Shown piece after piece: positions 57,218-63,589 of a stretch of 63,589 nucleotides of DNA. Below the pieces are notes generated by a model. That model worked only from the letters and a program-made list of their open reading frames with translations. It did not search any database and was not told the origin of the DNA. Source of the DNA: Tubiluchus corallicola. Taxonomy: Eukaryota; Animalia; Priapulida. Both the position numbers and the translations under genes were made by a program. Location: assembly GCA_030141605.1 (NCBI GenBank), contig JAQGDQ010001092.1:1-63589 (forward strand), in the 5' to 3' direction. Within the stretch, counting starts at the first letter, position 1. Each line of letters starts with the position of its first letter.

Positions 57218-57750
57218 CCTGTCATCTATAGTGGAACAGGTCCTGCAACAGCAAATGACCTATATCAATCACAGTGGAGCAGGTCCTGCAACAGCAGAAT
57301 GACCGGTCATCTATACTGGAACAGCGCACTCTAGGAACCGTAAACAAAAGGTTATCATTTGATTTAAGACTGTACCTGTGTAAATTTGTTGGGCGAATCA
57401 TATCACAAATATATATATATATATATATATTCCGGGGTCAAGGTCAAGGTCAAAACCTGGAACAAAAGGTCACCAGTTAAAAATCAACAGATAGGTTGAA
57501 TTTGAGCCTTGATTTAGATTCTAGGGATTTTTTCTGATTAAAACGACACTTCTCCCGTGAATTTTGGTCCAGTAGTTACTGAAACATGAATTTTTGAAAT
57601 TTCAGGCAAACACGAAAGCCCAAAATTTCAAATTGTCATAACCTTTGAACGGGTGGGTTGCTTGACCTAAAATTTTGAACAGCAACTGTTCTCATAAGGC
57701 CCAATAACCGTGCCAAGTTTCATTAAAATACTGGGAGAATTGACATGGAA
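57218..57750 (+). mobile_element. Dispersed element with a ggtcaaggtcaaggtcaa motif; inverted copy at 59908-60665
   Basis: About 500 bp of reverse-complement similarity between the two copies. Confidence 0.85.
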
Positions 57751-58051
57751 TTTGATTTGATAGAACTATTCTCGTATCACGATTTCCACGTGACAGCATA
57801 ATCACTTTCTAATCTGATAATTTTTTGTATTAGTTTTTTTAATAATATACGCCTTTATACAAAAAATCACTCTAAATTTTTTAGTAAAACAAAAGTTAGG
57901 TCAAAAGGTCATAAAATTTTAACAGACAAAGACTGACTGTACGTATTTTGTACGTAAGAAAGAAATATTTCTCATTTTGTGTTTTATTTTATAGTGCACT
58001 CTTCAATTGAAAAAGATTTTTGAAATACTTTTTCTGTTCAGAAACATCTTT

Positions 58052-58970
58052 AGTTTAAACATAATTTATTTAGGATTGGATCAGACAGTTTGTACAACAT
58101 GATTTAAGATCCTCACCACAACAGACTTTATACACTATTTACAAGAACATTTACAGTAAGAATAGACTATACTTAGTTTTTAGTATACTTCAGTATACTA
58201 AAGTTTTACTACAGTGATACATTAGACATTAGTAAAAAATGACGGTTAGTAAATATTAATGTACGATTATTTAAGACTGATGCATTTGATATCAGATAGA
58301 AACTACTGGAAGCGTTTAGTACATAATATAAAGTCATGTATACATTGGAATATTTTACAGTCAGCAACATAGTTAAATTCGTCTTTACCGAATAATAACA
58401 ACTTCAACAGATCATTATTTTCTAAAACAGCTATATTAAGGTTTTTGGGCAGAAGTATTGCATTTAATTTATCAAACATAACTACCCTAGCTAGTTGATG
58501 CAATGGGCAGTGCAACAAAAAGTGTTCAACAGACTCAAATCGAAATCCACAGTTACAATTCGGCAATATTGGATGACCGTTTTTATCTTTATAGCCTTTA
58601 GAGAAAAAGTCACAGTTTAGCTGAGAAAATCCGATTCTCATGCGCGTATGATGCACTGACATTGGAGGTTTACCAAATGAAAAATGTTTCTTACGCAACG
58701 AAATACTTAAATGTGATTTGAGCTCTTGTTTGAATTGTGATATGGATGTAATTTCACCAATGTTCTGTGGTAAGTTGTTCCACATGTTAATGGTCGATAT
58801 GAAAAACGATTTTTCACAGCTAACAGAACGGCAACTAAAATTTCTGTATTTAGTACCACTGCGCATATAATAGGGTGTAACTTAGTTTACCTATGGCGGC
58901 AGAATTGCACTTAAATAGTGGGGCACTAAGTCATTGATTATTTTGAAAAAAAGACATAGGCGATGATATC
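58052..58970 (-). mobile_element. LINE 3' portion (CR1/L2-group-like ORF2 C-terminus and 3'UTR)
   Basis: ORF 58303-58866: SFFISTINMWNNLP...CNCGFRFESVEHFLLHCP; 3'UTR shared with the copies at 1670-2305. Confidence 0.88.
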
Positions 58971-59235
58971 ACAGAAACATCTTTTTCACAATACAGTCGC
59001 CGAGATCGGTTCTACAATAAGTTAAATCCAGAGGATTTAAGTCAGGGCTGTTTTCTATCCTGTGTTTTGTAATACATCAAAAGTTGGGTTTCTTTTTCAT
59101 TCAGAACAGTAATACTGGGAAAGTTCCGTAAAGGAAATACAATTTTATACAACACATTTAAAGGAATCGTGAAAAGGAAAACAAAGCGCACAACTAATTT
59201 TTTCTTGGGTAGGCCTATTAGACACTCATTGTTAA

Positions 59236-59693
59236 AGGACAAGAAAATGGCCAACCAAAGTAAGCCTCAGAAAACGCGCAATAAAAAATCATATCACCTA
59301 AGTATAATCTTAAGCGAATAAAGTACTCACGTTTTCGCATTTACTCCAATTTTTGTAAAATATTTCAACCGCTGCAGTAAACGTTGGCGCAGACATGTTT
59401 CATTTAGTCCGCCAATTGAAAAGCCAGCATGTGACTGATCACGTGGTATGACGTCACTTGAACACAGTCGCAAGGAGTTCTGATCACGTGTACTATACAG
59501 ATTTGTGCTGTGGTTCCGTGACGCCATCTAATATGGCGCCGCCGTGACAGTTTCGCGGAAGAATTTAAAATGAAAACAAACAGGAAATTCTTTCAACGTG
59601 AGTATGATAAACGCTTAAGATTGTCTCTAACCATTATAATTCTTTAACGAAAATTTTCTGAGACTTGCTTTAACTAGGCCTTTTCCTTGTCCT
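59236..59693. mobile_element. Kolobok-like MITE related to family C, abutting a family A terminus (59698-59770) through a shared TTAA
   Basis: TTAA|AGGACAAGAAAA...TTTTCCTTGTCCT|TTAA|AGCAAAACCGG. Confidence 0.8.
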
Positions 59694-60394
59694 TTAAAGC
59701 AAAACCGGACTCAATCTTAAACTGTAAGTCAAAACAATCTGCTTCTTAAAATATTAAGAGGAAACATGCTATACTAAGACAACGATGGTAAAATTGGTAA
59801 ACTTTTTACCTAAACTAAAATTGTTGCTTTGTGGCTTTACCTAACATTTCGATATAATTGCAGAAATAGACACTGAACAGCTCTGCTGAAAAGTCTTATG
59901 GGTCATTGCATGTTAATTCACCCGGTATTTTAGTGAAACTTGGCATGGTTATTGGGCCTTATGAGAACAGTTCATATTCAAAATTTATTTTAGGTCAAGC
60001 GGCCCATCCGTCCAAAGGTTATGACAATTTGAAATTTTGGGCTTTCGCACTCTTTCGCATTTGCCTGAAATTTCAAAAATTCATGTGTCAGTAACTACTG
60101 GACCAAAATTCACGGGAGAGGTGTCGTTTTAATCAGAAAAAATCCCTAGAATCTAAATCAAGGCTCAAATTCAACCTATCTGATGATTTTCAGTTGATGA
60201 CCTTTTGACCGAGATTTTGACCTTGACCTTGACCCCGGAATATATATATATGTGTTTGCGCTTCATGGCGAAGCATGTGGTTATATTTGTGATAGAGATT
60301 CGCCCAACAAATTTGCATAGGTGCAGTCTTAGATCAAATGATAACCTTTTGTTTACGGTTCCTAGAGCGCGCTGTTCCAGTATAGATGACATGA

Positions 60395-60665
60395 CAGGTC
60401 ATTCTGCTGTTGCAGGACCTGTTCCACTACGAGTAATATAGGTCATTTGCTGTTGCAGGACCTGTTCCACTACGAGTAATGTAGGTCATTTGCTGTTGCA
60501 GGACCTGTTCCACTACGAGCAATATAGGTCATTTGCTGTTGCAGGACCTGTTCCACTACAAGTGATATAGGTCATTTGCTGTTGCAGGACCTGTTCCACT
60601 ATAGATGACAGGTCATTCTGCTGTTGCAGGACCTGTTCCACTATAGATGACAGGTCATTCTGCTA
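60395..60665. repeat. About 43-bp tandem repeat (about 6 copies) inside the dispersed element
   Basis: Unit aggtcatttgctgttgcaggacctgttccactacgagtaatat. Confidence 0.92.
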
Positions 60666-61028
60666 TTGTGCGACAAATTCCATGAAACAGCCTACCTATC
60701 ACATCAGGACACAAGAACATTAACAGTTTTAAAATACAGATAGACATACTTATTAAAGATAGCATACAGTCTTTGAAGTAATCCAATTTTCATTTGTATT
60801 GCATATGCTTGTATTTTTTTTAATCTGTGTGTTTTTTATGAATTTACTAATTGTAATGTTATGATATTTAGTAAGATTACTGTTTAATCTCATAAACCAT
60901 TTTTAAGTCCGTCATGATGATTTTAGAAATCTTTGTGAAGCTTCTTTGAATATTGCCAGCTGAGCTGTCTATAGATTAAGACGCTATGCAAAGTAAATAT
61001 TATTATTATTATTATTATGATTATTATT

Positions 61029-61069
<41 letters not shown>

Positions 61070-61072
<3 letters not shown>

Positions 61073-61416
61073 CACGGAGGCACCTGTGTCAGGTCAGGTG
61101 TAGGGCCCTCTACACGCCCTGCTTCCACGTCAGCAGCGACTCACGCCTTTCTTGTAGGTCCAGACGTCTTGTTTGGGCCTACACGTGGTGTGAGAAGCCA
61201 GCTGACCTGGAATGGCAGTATAAAAGCGTGTAGAGGTCACTACAGCCTTGATTTCTGACACAGGCGCTTCTCGGGTGTAGTGCTGTTACTGAGTTAGATA
61301 GTTATTTTTTGTGCACGTGTATTTTGTTCCCTATTTTTATTAGTGCTGATAATAAACTCCGTACAGTGTAGATTTTGTGTATTTTATTTTATGAGAGTTA
61401 AATGACATGCTATAAC
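61070..61416 (+). mobile_element. Possible solo LTR
   Basis: TGTCA start, TATAAAA at 61219, AATAAA at 61351, TGACA/TAACA end; no clean TSD because the left flank is a (TTG)n tract. Confidence 0.5.
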
Positions 61417-61589
61417 AGGTATATGGTACTAGACATTGATTTAGTTAATTAACATAACGTTTGTAATTAAAATTAACATTTGTAGTTAAGTAATCAGTTA
61501 CACAACGATTATAAAATGGAACTTCATGATGCGCAATATCAAGGCCGCCATGCCATCTTGGAGTTCGACCCTCTGAGTCGAATTCAGTC

Positions 61590-61637
<48 letters not shown>

Positions 61638-61698
61638 CATCATCATCATCATCATCATCGTCGTCGTCGTCGTCGTCATCGTCAACATCATCGTCATC

Positions 61699-61730
<32 letters not shown>

Positions 61731-62271
61731 TATTATACAACATCATAAAACATGAATATGTCATATAAACATTTCACTACATGTGAAAATTGTTAGAGTG
61801 GAATTGAATATTTCATTTAGCTCGTCACTAATAACGTCGATTGGAATAAGGGCGCTGCCTGCGTTTGTGGCTTGTGTCTGCCTGCCTGCGTTTGTATGTT
61901 AAACGAGGTCGTCGTCTGGATTGTTGTTGGCTGTAACCATGGTAACAATCACATACTCCTAAACAAAAAAAATCATCAGATAGCCAAATTCTTTTTTGTA
62001 ATGTATTTCTTGTGATGTGTTAGATTTCCTTACTTTTTTAACACAGATGTGTATAATCTGAACACTGATATTAATCTAATCACGAGGAGATTAATCTAAT
62101 CTTTTAGCTGTGACGTTATTTAATTAGGTTTACGTTTGCAAACAACATACAGTATTCTTCACTTAACGCCGCAACGCTTTGCGACGTTTCGTTTAACGAC
62201 GCATTTTGCTGTTTGCTGGAACGCATTAGCATGGCGTTAAGGGAGCGCTTACTGTACTTTACTATACTCAC

Positions 62272-62373
62272 CAGGTGGACCAGGCGGACCAGGAAGACCT
62301 CGTGGACCAGAGGGACCCTCAGTACCAGGTGAACCACTGGGACCAGCAGGTCCACTAGGACAGATAAGACATT
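62272..62373 (-). CDS. Collagen exon ([35 protein letters not shown])
   Basis: Nine uninterrupted Gly-X-Y triplets after CxxCP; acceptor tttttatttttctag; donor G|GTGAGT; 102 bp, phase 1-1. Confidence 0.9.
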
Positions 62374-62992
62374 CTAGAAAAATAAAAAAAATACAATTAA
62401 TATAATTACAATTGTGTTGACTAAAAATGATGACTTACGCCTAGTCCACACTGTCCTTCAAAGGACTGACATTCAAAAGACTGACATTCAAAACACTCAA
62501 CTCTGTCCACGTGTTTAGTTTTTGCTGACGCTTACTTTCACATAGCTGTTTGTTGAAAGGGTCTTCTTCATTTATGAAATAGCGTCACGTGGCTTGTACG
62601 AAAACGAGTTTTGCTTTGACGTGTGCTGGAAAACGAAAGGAAAAGGAAAAAAAAAACTTCGGTAAAACGTGAAGCAGAAGTTAATGAATTATAATACAAG
62701 CAAGTTCGATTATTGGACACATTTTCGTCTGCAGAAAGACAATTGCAGTGATGGCATTGACGCCGATAAGACCAGGTCTCGGAGGCCATGCTAAAACAAC
62801 TGGCTTTGATGTAAACGATGTAGAGATTGTTTACCTTAGCAACGGCATGGTAACAGCTGCAGTTAATGACGTTAATTACACTTTGCGTGCTCATCTGTCG
62901 ATAGTTTTTTTGCAGAGAACTTTCTGGAACTTTCATTTAGGAAATAGTCCGTAAAAGTGCGAGGTTAGCTTTGATTAATAAATTTTCCTTAA

Positions 62993-63467
62993 AGAACAAG
63001 AAAAGGGGCACCTGAAGTAGGTTTCGGAAAAATCGCCTTAAAAAATTATATTACTTTATGGCAATTTGATGCGCACATCGTACTCGTGTTGAAAAGATTT
63101 TTTGTTTGTTTTCATTTTAAAATCCTGCGACGCCGTTCCGACCGCACCATTACATGACGTCACTACGCATGCGTAAATAAGGGGAAGAAAAAGAAATGTT
63201 AAACTATGTCCCAAAAAACTTTCCATTTTGCCTAGCATTTCGCTTACCTGCTTGAAAGGTTTATCTAACTAGAAATAATAATTTAAAATGTTTGTGTCAA
63301 TTGGTAAAATGTCGTTGACTCACCCTCCAGGGTGCACCACTCAGTAACAAAAACGTATTTTTGATCTTATTGACAAGATATAGCTGTTTAAATTTAGTTA
63401 CTCAGTTAGTGATGTGTGCGCTACGAATGCTCTGATTATTTTTTCAAACTTTACAGAATGTTATCTC
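62993..63467 (-). mobile_element. MITE family C copy, truncated by a (GAA)n-tailed retroposon end at 63468-63589
   Basis: TTAA|AGAACAAGAAAAGGGGCACCTGAAG is the reverse complement of the 17380-17409 end; collinear to about 16960. Confidence 0.8.
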
Positions 63468-63589
63468 ATTCTTCTTCTTCTTCAAAAATCTCATTCCACC
63501 TATCGTAGGCACTGAGGTATCAACATTTATCGAAGTATTCTACCCTCTTCTATCTATACCAAACAGCGCAAGTTCTTCTACTCCTTAAT

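Overview
AT-rich, repeat-dense metazoan (invertebrate-type) genomic DNA with GT-AG introns; there are no prokaryotic operons, rRNA genes or CRISPR arrays. Four host genes can be read from the sequence. (1) A putative 3-exon gene for a 77-aa, 31%-Arg basic protein (+, 1483-7222). (2) A 4-coding-exon CD225/Dispanin (PRRT1/IFITM-like) membrane-protein gene of about 200 aa (+, 13127-30180). (3) The most unusual locus: a minus-strand gene with a TATA/Inr promoter near 47.6 kb, an ATG-free first exon and one giant coding exon (40838 to about 36464). It encodes a signal peptide followed by about 89 copies of the 15-mer ERRDSLERRADTRRD, whose common variants are synonymous in that frame. (4) One collagen Gly-X-Y exon (-, 62272-62373). 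The rest is TTAA-flanked Kolobok-like MITEs, foldback elements, truncated LINEs, RTE-derived elements with target-site duplications, solo LTRs, a tRNA-derived SINE, and many mini- and microsatellites. Most long ORFs in the supplied track are artefacts of these repeats. Gene models were assembled by eye from splice signals and frame compatibility and need RNA-seq confirmation.
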